Shown here in pieces: positions 14,001-27,545 of a stretch of 64,000 nt of DNA. Each line of letters opens with the position of its first letter. Position 1 is the stretch's first letter. The notes beneath the pieces were generated by a model, which saw only the letters and a list, made by a program, of their open reading frames with translations, made no database searches and was not told the origin of the DNA. Both the position numbers and the translations under genes were made by a program. Source of the stretch: Camelus dromedarius (lineage: Eukaryota); contig NC_087437.1 of assembly GCF_036321535.1 (NCBI RefSeq), positions 60,576,001-60,640,000 of the forward strand, read 5' to 3'.

Positions 14001-16260
14001 AAATACTGCTCAAGAGCATTCACTTTATAAAGCAAGTCTAATATTGATATCTAAACCCGTCGAAAACAGCGAAAATTATAGACCAATATCACTTATAAAT
14101 ATTAATACAAAAGTGTTAAATATTTTAATAAACAGAATCCAATACCACGTTGCAAAAATAATACACCATGACCAAATGGGATTAAAGGAATTTAAAGTCA
14201 GCTTAATATGCGGAAATCCGCTAATATAATCTACCACAGTAACAGATCTAAAGAGAAAAGTTACATGTGCGTAGACGCCTCAAAAGCTTTTGATAAAATT
14301 CAGTACCTTTCCCAGGGGGAAAAGACTCAAAAATACAGAGATTGTTGTTATTTTTTAAAGAGAAAGAGAGAGATTGAGATGAATGGATGGATAAATATAA
14401 TTCATTTTAAATCCTTAATGGGAGAAACATTGAAGCAGTTCCATTATGATGAGGAACAAGGCAAAGATGTCCATTACCTCTACTACTGCTGCTCAAGATA
14501 TTAGTCAATGCTGTTAGACAGTAGAAATCAGTTAGAGGCAGAATAGGGAAAGAAGTAAAATTTACCTATCTCTGTTTCCAGATAATGTAGTATACCTGGA
14601 AACCATAAAAAAAAACTATTATAAAATTTATTTTTTAAAATACAAATTCATTATAAAATTAAAGACTTTTATAAAATCAAAGACATAAAACAAAAAGCTA
14701 GAGTCAGGCAGCATATAAAATTAATACGCAGAGATTAATAGCTTTCATTTATATGAAAAACAGCCAGTTAGAAGTTAATGATAGAGAAAACCTCATTTAT
14801 AATATAAGAAATAGAAAATAAAATACTTAATAAACCTAGTAAGAAATATTCAGGCTTACATAAGGAAATCTGTAAAACACTCCTGAAAGACAAAATACTA
14901 TACTTGAACAAATTGAGAGACACTCCTTGCTCTTAGCTGTGACAATTCAGCATTGTAAAGCTGCCAGTCCTATCTAAGCTAGTTTATATATGAACAGACT
15001 CCTGATAAAAATAACTGCCAGCTTTTTATGGGTTTAGACAAGTCAAATTGAAGTTCATATGAGAAGCAGGACAATGCAAAAGGAAAGGCTACAAGAGATT
15101 CTAGCCCTACCGGATATTAAAGCATACTATAAAGTTTTCTTAATTAAAACAATGTGCTACAGGCCCATGAATGGGACAAACAAGCCAGCAGAATAAAAAA
15201 AAGAATCCAGGAAAGACCCAAATGTATATGAAAATATAGTATATGATAAATGTACAATCTCAAATCACTAGGGCTTTTAATAATGCTGAAACAACTGGAG
15301 AAAAGATAAATTAGAACCATACTTTATCCAGTCACCTGTTGATGGACATTTAGGCTGTTTCCATGTTTTGGCTATTGTAAATAGTGCTGCTATGAACATT
15401 GGGGTGCAGGTGTCATCCTGAAGTAGATTTCCTTCTGGATACAAGTCCAGGAGTGGGATTCTTGGGTCATATGGTAAGTCTATTCCTAGTCTTTTGAGGA
15501 ATCTCCACACTGTTTTCCATAGTGGCTGCACCAAACTGCATTCCCACCATAAAAACCGACAACATAATGCCATTTGCAGCAACATGGATGCTCCTGGAGA
15601 ATGTCATTCTAAGTGAAGTAAGCCAGAAAGAGAAAGAAAAATACCATATGAGATCGCTCATATGTGGAATCTAAAAAACAAAAACAAGCAAACAAAAACA
15701 AAGCGTAAATACATGACAGAAATAGACTCACAGACAGAGAATACAGACTTGTGGTTACCGGGGGGTGGAGGGTGGGAAGGGATAGACTGGGATTTCAAAA
15801 TTGTAGAATAGATAAACAAGATTACACTGTATAGCACAGGGAAATATACACAAAATGTTATGATAACTCACAGAGAAAAAAATGTGACAATGAAAAAAAA
15901 AAAAAAAAAAGAACCATACTTCACACCATACACAAAAATTGGCTCTAATACAATTGACAGAAGAAAACATAACTTGGGTGTGGGGAAAGTTTTTTAACCA
16001 TGAATCAAAATTCAGATGCAATAAAAGATTGACAAATTTGAACACATGGAAGAAAAAGGCCTTTGCTTGGCCAAAAAAACTTTTCCAAAAACTATTAGAA
16101 AATACCACTACCAATGTTAAAAAACAGCTGACAGAAAAATTTGCAAAGGGCTGATATTCCTGAAATATAAAGAACCCTTAAGAATTAAGGGAACAGAGAC
16201 CAAAAATCTAGTAGAAAATGAACAAAAGATATAAATACACAATCCCTACAAAAATAAGAT
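11009..16260 (+). mobile_element. Mosaic of old sense-strand L1 ORF2/3' UTR pieces: a second L1 at ~11270-13445 with its own 3' end, host L1 resuming at ~13600
   Basis: Two successive RT regions (ORFs 12072..12323 and 14044..14229, YRPISL motif) separated by an L1 3' UTR ending ~13445. Confidence 0.8.
15325..15909 (+). mobile_element. Young 5'-inverted (twin-primed) L1 insertion
   Basis: Antisense segment 15325-15549 joined to sense segment 15547-15909 ending in poly(A); perfect TSD agaaccatactt at 15313-15324 and 15910-15921. Confidence 0.92.
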
Positions 16261-16279
16261 ATAAAAGTGATAGATCAGA

Positions 16280-18180
16280 AACAAATGAGATCGGTCACCT
16301 ACAGAGGGAGGAGTAGAAAGTACGGGAGATTGGGGATAAGGTAGAAGGGATGGAAGTGTGGCATTTCTCCAAATATACCTTTTTATATAATTTTTATTTT
16401 TAGAACTATATTAACATTTTGTATATTCAAAAAATAGAAAGGATGAGGGAAAAGCTAAATGATACACCAACAGTAAATTAATTAGTCTAGTCTAGTCTGA
16501 ATGATATACAAACAGTAAATCTAATCTAACTGCATTTCAAATAGTTTTTTCCACATTAATTTTCAAATAACTGCATTGAAGAGGGGAAGGGAGAGGATTA
16601 GTCTTAATCTCAGTAATCCTTAAAGATAGACTAGACAGAAAACCTGTGAATAAATACTGAACTCTAATTAGGTTTTTCAGAGTGGCAGGAGCTAACAGGT
16701 CTGAAACTAATGTGTGTTTCAGAGTTGAGCAAATTAATACATTGACAATGGGAGTAGGTTTCTCACTGTCAAAAAAGAGATTTTAGAAATGTCAAAGGGG
16801 ATAGGGTAGAATAAACTGTGATAATTGGATTGGAATTAGAGATATGAATATAAATCCATGCATCTTAATATAGATAGGATAGAAATAGGTGCATATGTTT
16901 TCTTGCTCTGTCCACAAAAAAGGTCTACAAATGATGACTCCTCAGTAAATAGTGAGAATATCTAGTGCCTGTATCTTGGCCTTTAAATACCATCCTTCAT
17001 TAAAAAGATTCAGAACTCGCTGGAGTGATGGCTCATCCCATTGGGACAGTACAAGATGGACCTATAACATTTTGTTATGCCAGAAAACTAGGGAAGGGCT
17101 TAAAGAATGATAAAAATATGTCAAAAAGACACCAAAGCCAATCTATAAAGTCCCCCAGTGGCCAAGTCTAGGATAATTTGAATATTAAAATAAATGATGA
17201 TAATAACTGATTATAACATGAAGAATAAGAATCCAAGAGTCCATAATGGTATAAATAAATATATGAATAAATAAATAAATGGTTAGAAGGGAAAGCTTTG
17301 CCTTACCTTATTAGAATGTCTACTAATAAAATTAGAAGGAATGATGAATTAGGAAATCTCTCTTGATGACCACCATGATTGTTTCAGGCAAGAATCATCA
17401 GTGTGTGCTAAAATTAATTAGTGAATTAATATCTGATAAGAAGAAGGATATTTATGTAGCTTCAACATATCCTTCCCCAAAATACTTACCAGTTACGAAG
17501 GGAAAATAGTAATCTTATGGTGGCGAAATCCAGCAGACAAAACCTTTAACAAGTGATCAAAATTAACATTGCTAGTAATGGGACAAATGGACATCATATG
17601 CTTCCTGATGTGATGTAAGAAGGATACAGCATCACTTCTGTGGTATTCTTGCCCAAAATGTATATCCTGCCATCTGATGGGAAACATCAGGCAAACCCAG
17701 ATTGAGACATACTCATTTAAAAAAAAAAAAGTTCTGTACTCTTCAAAAATATCAAAATCATAAAGGACAAAGACTTAAAGAACTATGTCAGATTGACAGA
17801 GACTAAAGAGACATTACAACTAAATGCAATATGTAATCCTGGATTGGATTCTGGACCAAGAAATTTTTTTTTTCTTTTGCAGTAAAGGATACTAGGTAAT
17901 CAACTGAAATTATACTGTAGCTGTGTAAGAGATGTCATTGTTTTTAGGAAATAAGGGATAAAGAAATATTACGTCTGCAAATGAGCATCAAACTATAGTG
18001 TACACCTGTGGAGAGGGGGATAAAATATAGAATGTTAATATTTCAATGTTAAGGTTTTTTAAATTTCTAAGCTATCAGGTAAAATAGTAATACCTGAGAA
18101 AAGTGGATGGTGGGTCTGTGTATGTATTATTTTCTTTACTTTTCTATATATTTGAAGTATTCATATAATATTAAAATTTT
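16280..18180 (+). mobile_element. Old L1 (L1MC/MD-like) long 3' UTR
   Basis: Typical motifs: ccttt-aacaagtgatcaaaattaacat, gcatcacttctgtggtattcttgccc, acaactaaatgcaat...atcctggattgg. Confidence 0.7.
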
Positions 18181-18932
18181 TATTTTAAATATTCCTACTA
18201 AGTTGAAATTACCATTCATTGAAGTAGACTCAAGTCTTTAGATTACAAAGTGCATTTAGGGGGAGTACCTGATTTTAAATGTTGTAATAAAATCTGATAA
18301 ATTAGAAGTACTACCCTATTTAACATGGAAATACTCATATTTATTAAAAACCTAAATGGCCTTTGGCAGTGAATTTAAGCATGTCAGGGAAGTGTCTTAA
18401 ATTCAGAACTGGAGTTTCCAAATGCTACAGTTTGTGGTAAAGTTTTTGCTGGTCCCCAATAAAATGAAAAAAAAAAGGATAGAATAGAGATAGTGGGATT
18501 TTATAAATTTAAATTTATTCAGTTTTAAAGATTCTCTTTTATTTTGGGCTTTTACTTTCTTGTTTGATCATACATATTCTTTTGTGAAATGATAGTTATG
18601 ATAAAATGGTAGCTTAAGATATTTTTTATGCCCATTCTCAGCAAAATAAGATGGGAACCCCATATTGGTTCCATTTGGAGAGATTACTGGTCTATGAAAG
18701 CTAGGAATAAGGGAACTGTATTTTCATTCCTTTTTAAATGTAAAATTTGAGAATGGAAAATTAACTATCCATAGTCAGTATTCATTGTTTTCAAAACAGA
18801 AATGACCTGTTTGCTTAAAGTGAACAGGATCCAAAAATATAAATCAAATTTTGTACCTGTAAGAAATGTACCTTTGATACAGTTGAAAATACTTGGTTCA
18901 CTTGTTTTTCTTTTCTGTTCCCTCTATTTTAG

Positions 18933-19042
18933 GGCAAACACTGTATCCTTGATGTGTCTGGAAATGCCATAAAGAGATTGCAGATTGCACAGCTTTACCC
19001 AATCTCCATTTTTATTAAACCCAAATCCATGGAAAATATCAT
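18933..19042 (+). CDS. DLG1: DLG1 exon [36 protein letters not shown](M)
   Basis: Polypyrimidine tract plus ttttag| acceptor, |gtaagt donor; 110 nt. Confidence 0.96.
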
Positions 19043-19084
19043 GTAAGTGTAAATGCCTAAGGCACAGCCTCTAAGTACACATCC

Positions 19085-19215
19085 AGTCTGTCACTTATGA
19101 GATTGGGTAATTTAATTACCCTTCTAGCATCTCAGTTCCTTTATATGTAAAATGGAGATAGTAATAGTATACCCACCTCAGAGGGTATTGTAAGGATTAA
19201 ATAAGTACCCTTAAT
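19085..19215 (+). mobile_element. MIR SINE
   Basis: Core ctcagttcct..tgtaaaatggagatagtaatagta..cctcagagggtattgtaaggattaaat. Confidence 0.75.
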
Positions 19216-19329
19216 ATTAACTATCATAATCATCAGCATTAATATACTAAAGTATAAAGTAACATATTAGAAATTTGAGTTTAAATAGTCACATGTGTCT
19301 AGTACCTACTTAACTGGGCAATGCAGCTC

Positions 19330-22300
19330 TGAGTAACCATTAAGAGAATAAAATAATGTATAACTGCTTGCCTAATAGCAAAAAGTAGAATTTAAATACT
19401 AAAAGAAGAGAGGAATGAGCAAGTAGAAACATAGTACAGGTTTGTCAAAAAGGATATAGGTAGTAAGATAGTATAAATTAACCCAAATGTTTCATCAGTT
19501 AAATGCTAGACGAAATGGTCCAATTAAAAGACAAAAATTGTCAGAATAGAGGAATTAAAAAACAACTATTTGTAGCTTTCGTAGAAGAGGAAGAAACTTT
19601 ACCTTCTACTCCTCTAGGTTCTCAGCTGGGCCTCTGTAACAAAAGACCAATTAGCAAGAGAAAAGCATGCATATTTATTTAAGTTTTACATAACATGGAA
19701 CCCTTCATAAAAAATGAAGACCCAAAGAAATGGTTAAACCTGAGCATTTTTATACTAGGTTAGATGAAGAGTGGAAGTGATAGGAAAATATGATAGGACC
19801 AGAGGATATTACATAATAGTAAACTAGTGGAAACTTAGCAAAGCTTATTCATGCAGCTTCCCTCCATCTTCAGAGATACAAATGCTCCTTTTCTTCAGAT
19901 ATAAGGAAGTCACTTCTCATATGAAGATCTTATTGACCTGCTTCAGGGAAAGGCCAGAGTCTCCTTCCTGCACCTGCCATTTTTCAGATTCCTTCAGCTT
20001 AAAATATTCAATATGTCAAGGTGCCATATTTTGGATAGTGTGCTATAAAACCCATCAACTATCTGTTGCTTCATAAGACACATTTTAAATGTTACTCTGT
20101 GGAAAGGCTGAAAGAGAATAGAAAAAAAGTATATACTATGCAAATATTAAACAAATTAAGCTGGTTTATATTGCTTTCACAGTATACTTCAAGGTAAAAA
20201 AAGTATTACCAGATATAAAGAGGGACATTGATAAAAGTGAAAGGTTCTCTCTATCAGGAAGATATGTTTATACATTTCTTTGTACTTTTAAAAGCACAGT
20301 TTCAAAATACCTAAAGCACAAATTGACAACAACACGGGAAAAATAATACTAATTCTGCAATCATGGTGAACTTAACAATCACAAAATAATAGAATAAGAA
20401 AACAGACAAAAATTCAGTAAGGGTATAGAACAACACAAATTAGGAACTTTACCTAACTGACACATGTAGACCACTGCCCTCAACGTCTGTATAATTTATA
20501 CCTTAATTTCAAATGCAGTTAGAACAATTACCAAAACTATATGCTAAGCCACAGATTTAAAGTTATTAAAAACAAATATTCTCTGACCATGATGAAATTA
20601 AAATAGTAGTAAATAATAAAAAGATCACTAGAAAATCCCAAATATTTGGAAATTCTTAATGGGTCAGAAGAAATCTCACCATGTTAACAAATGTTTTGAA
20701 CTCAGTGGTAATAAAATTGTCAAGTAAATAAATTAGGAGGATGTAGTAGCATATAAAATAAACATATGGTAGAGAGGATTAACAAAACGAAAAATACTTT
20801 CTTTGAAAATACTATAAACTGTTAATAAGAAAGATCAAGAAAAGAAAGTTTAAAAGGCATATCTAATATTAGAAATGAAAATGGGACTATCACTACACAT
20901 ATAGTAGACATTAAAAATGTTAACACAAGCAACCCATAGAAAAATGAGTAAAGAACTTAGATACTGCACAAAAGAGGATCCAAACAGTCAATCAACACTT
21001 TAGATAGTTCTCATAGAAATGCAAGTGAAAACCACAGTGTCGTATACTAACACCCATATGCCAAAAGAGCTAAGATGAAAAAATAAATGTTGGCAAGGAT
21101 ATGGAGTAACTGAAACTCATAGTACTAATAAGAATATAAATTGGTACATCCACATTGGTAAACTGTTTACAGTATCTCCTAAAGCTGAACATGCATATAA
21201 CTTAAATACTAAATAGAAATATTTACTTATGTTTACCAAAAACATGTACTGGATTAGACAGAAATACTGTACTAAATAATCAAAAACTTGAAGCTATCCA
21301 AATACCTATCAGTGCGTAGATAAATTATGACATGTTCACACAATGAAATACTCTACAGTAATGAGAATGAGCAATCTCCAACTACACACAAAAGTATAGA
21401 AGAATATCACAAACATAATTTGAGTTTTTTTTAAAAACCCAGACTTAAAAGTATATGTACTCCATGATCCCAAATTTCATCGTTGCTTATGGAAATCAGA
21501 TAGGGGATACTCTCTGAAAGGTAGATTGGTAACTGAAGTGAACACACCCAGATTCTGAGGTGCTGGTGTAATATTCTAGATCTTGATCTAGGTACTAGAT
21601 ATACAGGTAAGCGTAAGTTTCAGAAAACTCATCAAGATGTACATTTATGATATTCCTCTTTTATGTTTGAAAGTTATACTTCAAAACAATCTGAAGAAAT
21701 AGAATAGGAAAAAAAGAAATAGAAAATCTAGGCTCATGCCTACCAAAGAACTTGACTCTGTTATGAAAAGTCTTCTCATAAGTAAAACATTAAGCTAAGA
21801 GGACTTACTGAATTCTACCAAAAGCTAAGAAGTAATGCACACGGGCATTTTCCAGGATAGACCGTATGTTAGGCTGCAAAAGTTGATCTTCAAAAAGATC
21901 AACAAAAATAACAAACCTTTAGGTAAACAGAATTAGAATAAGGGGGAAAAAAGAAGACTCAGATTACTAAAATCTGAAATGAAAGTAGAGACATTATTAC
22001 TGATTCTACAGAAATAAAGAAGATTATAAGAATACTGTGAACAATTGGGCAACAAAAAAATGAATAACCTAGATGGACAAATTCCTGGAAACACAAAACC
22101 TACCAAGACTAAATCACAAAGAAACAGAAAATCTAAATAGACCAATAACTATAGTAAGTTATATGTATTTTATACATATATATCATTCTGTACTAAGGAA
22201 ATTGAATCAGTAATCAAAAACTTCCAACAAAGAAAAGCTCCTGATCTGATGGCTTCCCTGGTAAATTTTAACATTTAAAAGAAGAACTAATGTCAGTCCT

Positions 22301-22412
22301 TCCTAACTCTATGTGATATGACTAGCATTACTTTGATACAAAAGCCATACAAAGACACTACAGGAAAAGAAAACTGCAGACCAATATTCCTTATGATCAT
22401 TAATGCAAAAAT
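19330..22412 (+). mobile_element. Degraded sense L1 fragments (endonuclease, RT, 3' end), interrupted by an LTR
   Basis: A-rich ORF2-like sequence; a second ORF2 piece at ~21830-22412. Confidence 0.7.
19580..20057 (-). mobile_element. ERV1-class solo LTR (MER34-like)
   Basis: Reverse complement begins TGATGGG...CCAAAATATGGCACCTTG-CATATTGAATATTTTAAGCTGAAGGAA; ~480 bp; interrupts L1 sequence. Confidence 0.65.
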
Positions 22413-22601
22413 GTATGGACTCCTTCTGTCATTCCAAGTTTAAAACTACATATTCAGTGACTAAATATAGTTTTTAATGACATTAAGATTCTCAACAGAG
22501 CTCAACTTTTCGTGATTTTATACGTATCTTCTCTCCTTTATCATCTTTATTCAGAAGTATTATAATGTAGTAATCACCAATTTCTAAATTTATTTGCATA
22601 G

Positions 22602-22693
22602 GGAAATGAATAAACGTCTAACAGAAGAACAAGCCAGAAAGACGTTTGAGAGAGCCATGAAACTGGAACAAGAATTTACTGAACATTTCACAG
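22602..22693 (+). CDS. DLG1: DLG1 penultimate exon [30 protein letters not shown]
   Basis: gcatag| acceptor, CAG|gttggc donor; 92 nt; frame continuous. Confidence 0.95.
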
Positions 22694-23668
22694 GTTGGCA
22701 TCAGTGTAGTAATGCCCTTTATGATAGAATCTTGCTTTGGAGCCATATGAACTGACCCATTACAAAAGATTTTGAACTATGCCCACATTTACCAGTAGTA
22801 ATAATAAGTGTTACCATTTTCAGAATAATTCACCTAATCTAGGCTGTGGTGATGAGGAATATTGAAATTTAATGTTTCTTAGGTTGATGATAAAGACAGG
22901 AGTGTACAGGAATAATTCATACTTGACTAGAAGAAAGCATTCAGACCTGATTTCTTCTATGAAACTAACTTTTCTCTTATACTACATAAGTTTTGATCCA
23001 TTTTAAGATGTTACTCATTTAAAAAGAAAAAGGGGGTAGAAATTCCCAAATAATCTTCCCTTACTTATTCTTTAAATTATTCTTTTGGACAAGTTTTTGT
23101 TATTATTTATTTGTTTGAAATAATGATTAGTTTATATTTGTATCATTCATATTAAGTATTATTAAGTGTCATGGTGTTGTAACCTGTGTGGTTTTTTTTT
23201 TTAATAATTTCAGACTTACAGAAAAATCACAGGAATAGAACCAGCAATTCTCATATACTCTTTACCCATATTCCCCAGATGTTAACATTTTACCACATTT
23301 ACAATTTTTCTCTGAAATATTTAAGTGAAAGTTGCAGTTAACTCTTTTTACATCTAAATACTTCAGTGTGTATTTCCCAGATACACAAAACAAAGTAAAA
23401 AATCACCAAATCTTGCCTTCTGATAAATTTTTAAAGTAAAATTTTTCTATTTGTAAAATATTTTTCTATTTTACAAAAAGAAAATTTTTTCTATTTTATA
23501 AATAGAAAAATTAATGAACGTTTTTACTAATCAAACAGTACATGAAATGATATCTCTTCCTGATTGAGTATATATTTCTAAGAAATAGCTTCTACTCTTT
23601 CACCAGTAATTGTAATGGTGAAGATAGACAATTAATGGAGGTTTCTGATTTTGTTTCTGTCATTGCAG

Positions 23669-23775
23669 CTATTGTACAGGGAGATACGCTGGAAGACATT
23701 TACAACCAAGTGAAGCAGATTATAGAAGAACAGTCTGGTCCTTACATTTGGGTTCCAGCAAAAGAAAAGTTATGA
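23669..23775 (+). CDS. DLG1: DLG1 last coding exon (A)[34 protein letters not shown]
   Basis: ttgcag| acceptor; TGA at 23773-23775; C-terminus WVPAKEKL is characteristic of DLG1. Confidence 0.96.
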
Positions 23776-26020
23776 GGACTTGATGTTTCTCTGTTTCTCT
23801 TTTCCACAATCTCACTTTCTTTTACACTTCTTTGCCCTTTTCTTCTGGAGTCTGTCTTCAGTACTTCTGTGTTGAATCATATTCCACTCATCATGGTCTG
23901 CAGTTGCACTTATTTTTAACATCTTACTGTCTCCTTCAAATTGTAGCATCTGTATTATTTTGTGTCACCATTCGTTTGTGGCCATTTTTCACAACTGAAG
24001 ACAGAATGGCCTGACCAGCTATTAATAGCTTTTGGGGAGATGGGGAAATTGTGGTAAAATTCCTTAATGTTTAAGGGAAAGTAACTTTAAGAGATTTTCG
24101 GAACAGCTTTATATACATTCTTTTCAAATTTCAATATAAATGAAAGAAAAGTGGTTTTAATCAGTGATTTAGTAAACTTTGAGCAACGATGCACGCTTAG
24201 CTTTAATAGCATGGTTTGGCCAATATATTAGCTCTCAAGTCCTTTTCTCAATTGACTTCTGTTATCAAAGCAAATATTTCATTAGAAACAAATAAGGCAA
24301 GCATATGTTTTTTAATTTCACAATTAATATCTGGTTTAACTTCCGTAATTTCACAAGGGATATTCATTTTTCATAAGAGTTCTTCTTAAAGTCTTTTATT
24401 GTTTGAGGGTTTTTTTTCCCCCCAATAGATTTGCTAGGAATAACAATGTTTAAATGTTTTTAATTTTCTTGTGCAACACTATTTATAGTGTCTTACCTAA
24501 GTTCATATATAATGATCATCACATTTTCTGAATTGAGGCCATGTTTAGGTGCTAGGGGAGCTCACCTTTTACACATAAGGTTGAGAAAATTTCATAGATA
24601 CAAATACAGAACAGTCATTACAGTGGTGATGTAGTAATCATTATGACAAAGGGAAAGGAGTCCAATTCATAGTCTAAAACTTTAAATGTATTCTTAGGGG
24701 TCAGATTTTAATGAATATTTTACCCACAATAACTATTTTGTTATAATAAATATATATATATATATATAAATATATATAAACTTTCTTTAAACTCTGTAAC
24801 TATGGGAATTATTTTCTTTACATAGTTGCACACACAAACATATATTTAAGATATATTTTTTTTCTTTTGCCACCTACTCTTAACTTTTCGTTTGTTTTTT
24901 AAATTAAATATTAATTGATTAGACTTTATCTTCCTTAATCATGTGAAATGAAAATAGGGGTATGGTGGTTGCGGAAAGAAACCTTTAGGGAAATTAGGTT
25001 ATAAGTAAAAATACAGGCATGTTCTCCTCTTTTCTACAAAAGTTTTCAATTGGTTCCTGGTTGGTTTTTTGTGGGGTTTTTTGTTTTTTGTTTTTTGGAG
25101 GGGGGTTGTTGTTACCGTTGTTCTTGTCATTGGTTTGGATTTGGTCTCCGCTTCTCTTTCCAGTTTTTCTTTCATTAATAGGCAAATAGGCAAAAGCCTC
25201 ATGTGTATGAGTGTTTTCCCCTCAGACTGCACACCTTTCATCTCTCATAGCTGCTCTGCAGTAGAGTTGCACAGATCCTCATGGTGAGCAACTAAGAAAT
25301 TTTAGTGAAAAGTAGATAATTTCAGAATTCAATTTCTCTGGTCTTTTTATATATTAATAATATTGTTTGGCTTCCCATTGCTTTTTTGGAGTTGTTTATT
25401 AAATATATGTTTTTGACAGCCTCTTCATTACAGTTTCTTAAACAAATGAGTACTGCTTTGTAAAGAATTATCAATATTATCCATTCCATTTATGAGAAAG
25501 AGGAGAACAGCTAATAAACTTTATTGTAAAATCTGTATGTTAAATGTGTCTTATATTCTGAAAAAAAAAAACTATTTTAACAAGCTAGCATTTTCTTGGA
25601 AGTTTGGTGCATCACATAATCTGTAAACTGAATTCAATAGTCATTAAGCAACCTAATCAAATTTCTTCTGTAGGTTTTAGAATTGAGTATGTTAACACAT
25701 TGACATATATACCATAGCTGTTATATGCCAAATATAAGTTGTTACCAAACATAAACATATTAGAAGAAAATTACTGTAAAATGATCTCAAGAGCCCCAGA
25801 AATCACCTTATAGCAAAGTGGCATAAGTCATTTTGAAATATTTATTGATCAAATGTTTTAAAATATCAAGAGGTTATAAAATGATACCATTTATGTGTTA
25901 AAATGTATATTACATTGCTTTCTGAATGTCCTTGTTAAGTAATTTTTTGTAAGAAAATACTAACATTTGTGCACCTTTCTAGATTGTATAGAATTATTAA
26001 TAAAAGTACTAATTGCTTAG
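23776..26020 (+). other. DLG1: DLG1 3' UTR (end approximate)
   Basis: AU-rich sequence without obvious interspersed repeats after the stop; AATAAA at 24745, 25513 and 25999. Confidence 0.7.
25999..26004 (+). terminator. Candidate distal polyadenylation signal of DLG1
   Basis: AATAAA at the end of the UTR-like tract; MIR-like repeats begin shortly after. Confidence 0.55.
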
Positions 26021-27164
26021 TACTGCTATGCAACAGCCACTTTAGTATATTATCACTTATTTTTTCAAAAGAAATAAGAGTGACTAGCCCCACTGTAAGG
26101 CTTAAACACAATCACTTGGCCAAGATTACTTAGCTAGTAAATGGCAGTACTGGGTATTGGTATCAAAATCTCTCTGCCCCAAGTTCTTTCTAATATACTA
26201 TGCTGCCTCATTTTTCAGCCCCAACTATGTAAGGTGCTGTGACTTACTGTCATGTTAGTGCCCCTTTACATATAAGGATAGACTTAGATGAAGGTCCTTG
26301 CCCAGAGTCACGCAATAAGTAAGGACAGACCCACAGAACAAGTCACTCCCATCACAGCTTGAAGTACTATTTCTAGGAAACAAGTTAGCCTAACACTGTC
26401 ACAGTGACATACAAGGAAAGAACCTCTTTAGAACCAAAAATGGGACACTATTCATTAGGGGGGAAAAGTCCACTATTCTGAGTCACAGGGAATAATACTA
26501 TTTTGAATGTTTTATGAAATACTGTATATTTTTAACATGCTTCTTAATACTCTTAAGTTGGCAAAAATGTAAATACACATCTCTGGTTGCTTTCCTACTC
26601 CATATCTGCATGGAGCTCTTCAAAAAATGATGGACGTGAATTTGACAGGTTCATTCCAGCAGCGTACACTCTGGTCAACAAATACCTGCTGAAACACTAC
26701 CTAGTATTTAAATGCCGAAGGTGGCAATTTGAGGACTTTAATAATGAAGATAATTTGTTTTCTAAAGTGTTAGGCAGTTACCTTCTAAGATTCTGCCTTG
26801 AATACTCGATTCACAGGTGGTAGAACGAGCCCAGGGATCCCTGTGTCCTTGTAGAAGTTGCTCTGTGAATCAGGAGCAGGGCCGGGAGTAGAGCTTTTAA
26901 CACTTGGCTCCTGGAACAGTGTTTTTTCTACTATTCCAGTTCCTTCTCCTCCCATGTTGCAAGCTGAATTTAGTGGGCAGTTCAGTTCCTCAAGATTTGA
27001 ATTACTGATTAAAAGAAAGTAAATTTTAGTGAACTTCAGAGATTTTATTGAAGTGGTCCAATTTGAAAGACATCAGGGAAGAACACAAATGTTAGGCCAA
27101 TGTTGAAGATTCCATTTATCTTGAATTGCACAGCGTAGTTCTCATTGGCTTTGGCTGCAGAGTA

Positions 27165-27545
27165 CTATAATGTGAAGAATGTGGGCTATGGAATCAGAGC
27201 TTGATTTGAATGCCAACTTTGCCACTTACTGGTTATATAACATTAGTTGGGCAAGTCATGTCATCCCTCTTTCTGTTTACTTACCTGTAAAATGGAGATA
27301 TTTTGAGAATCAGTAAGAATACAAATAAAGGGGAGCACTCCAAAAGTTAATTCCTTTTTCCTTTGGAATCAGAAGCCTGGAATTGTTCTAACTCCCCTTG
27401 TACAAATTAACCTGAGCCTTCATTTTGCCATATTTTAAATGAGACTTGACTGACTACCTTGCAGGATTGTTAGTAAGGATGAAATAAAGCAGTGTGTACA
27501 CAACACCGACCACAGCGTCTGATACTTGACTCTCAGTATCTGTTC
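27165..27545 (+). mobile_element. Two MIR SINEs
   Basis: gggcaagtca..ctgtaaaatggagata and tgagccttcattttgcc..ttgcaggattgtt cores. Confidence 0.65.

Noticed and set aside
15277..15585. 102 aa chimeric minus-strand ORF
   Set aside because: Artefact of the L1 inversion junction joining antisense and sense ORF2 pieces
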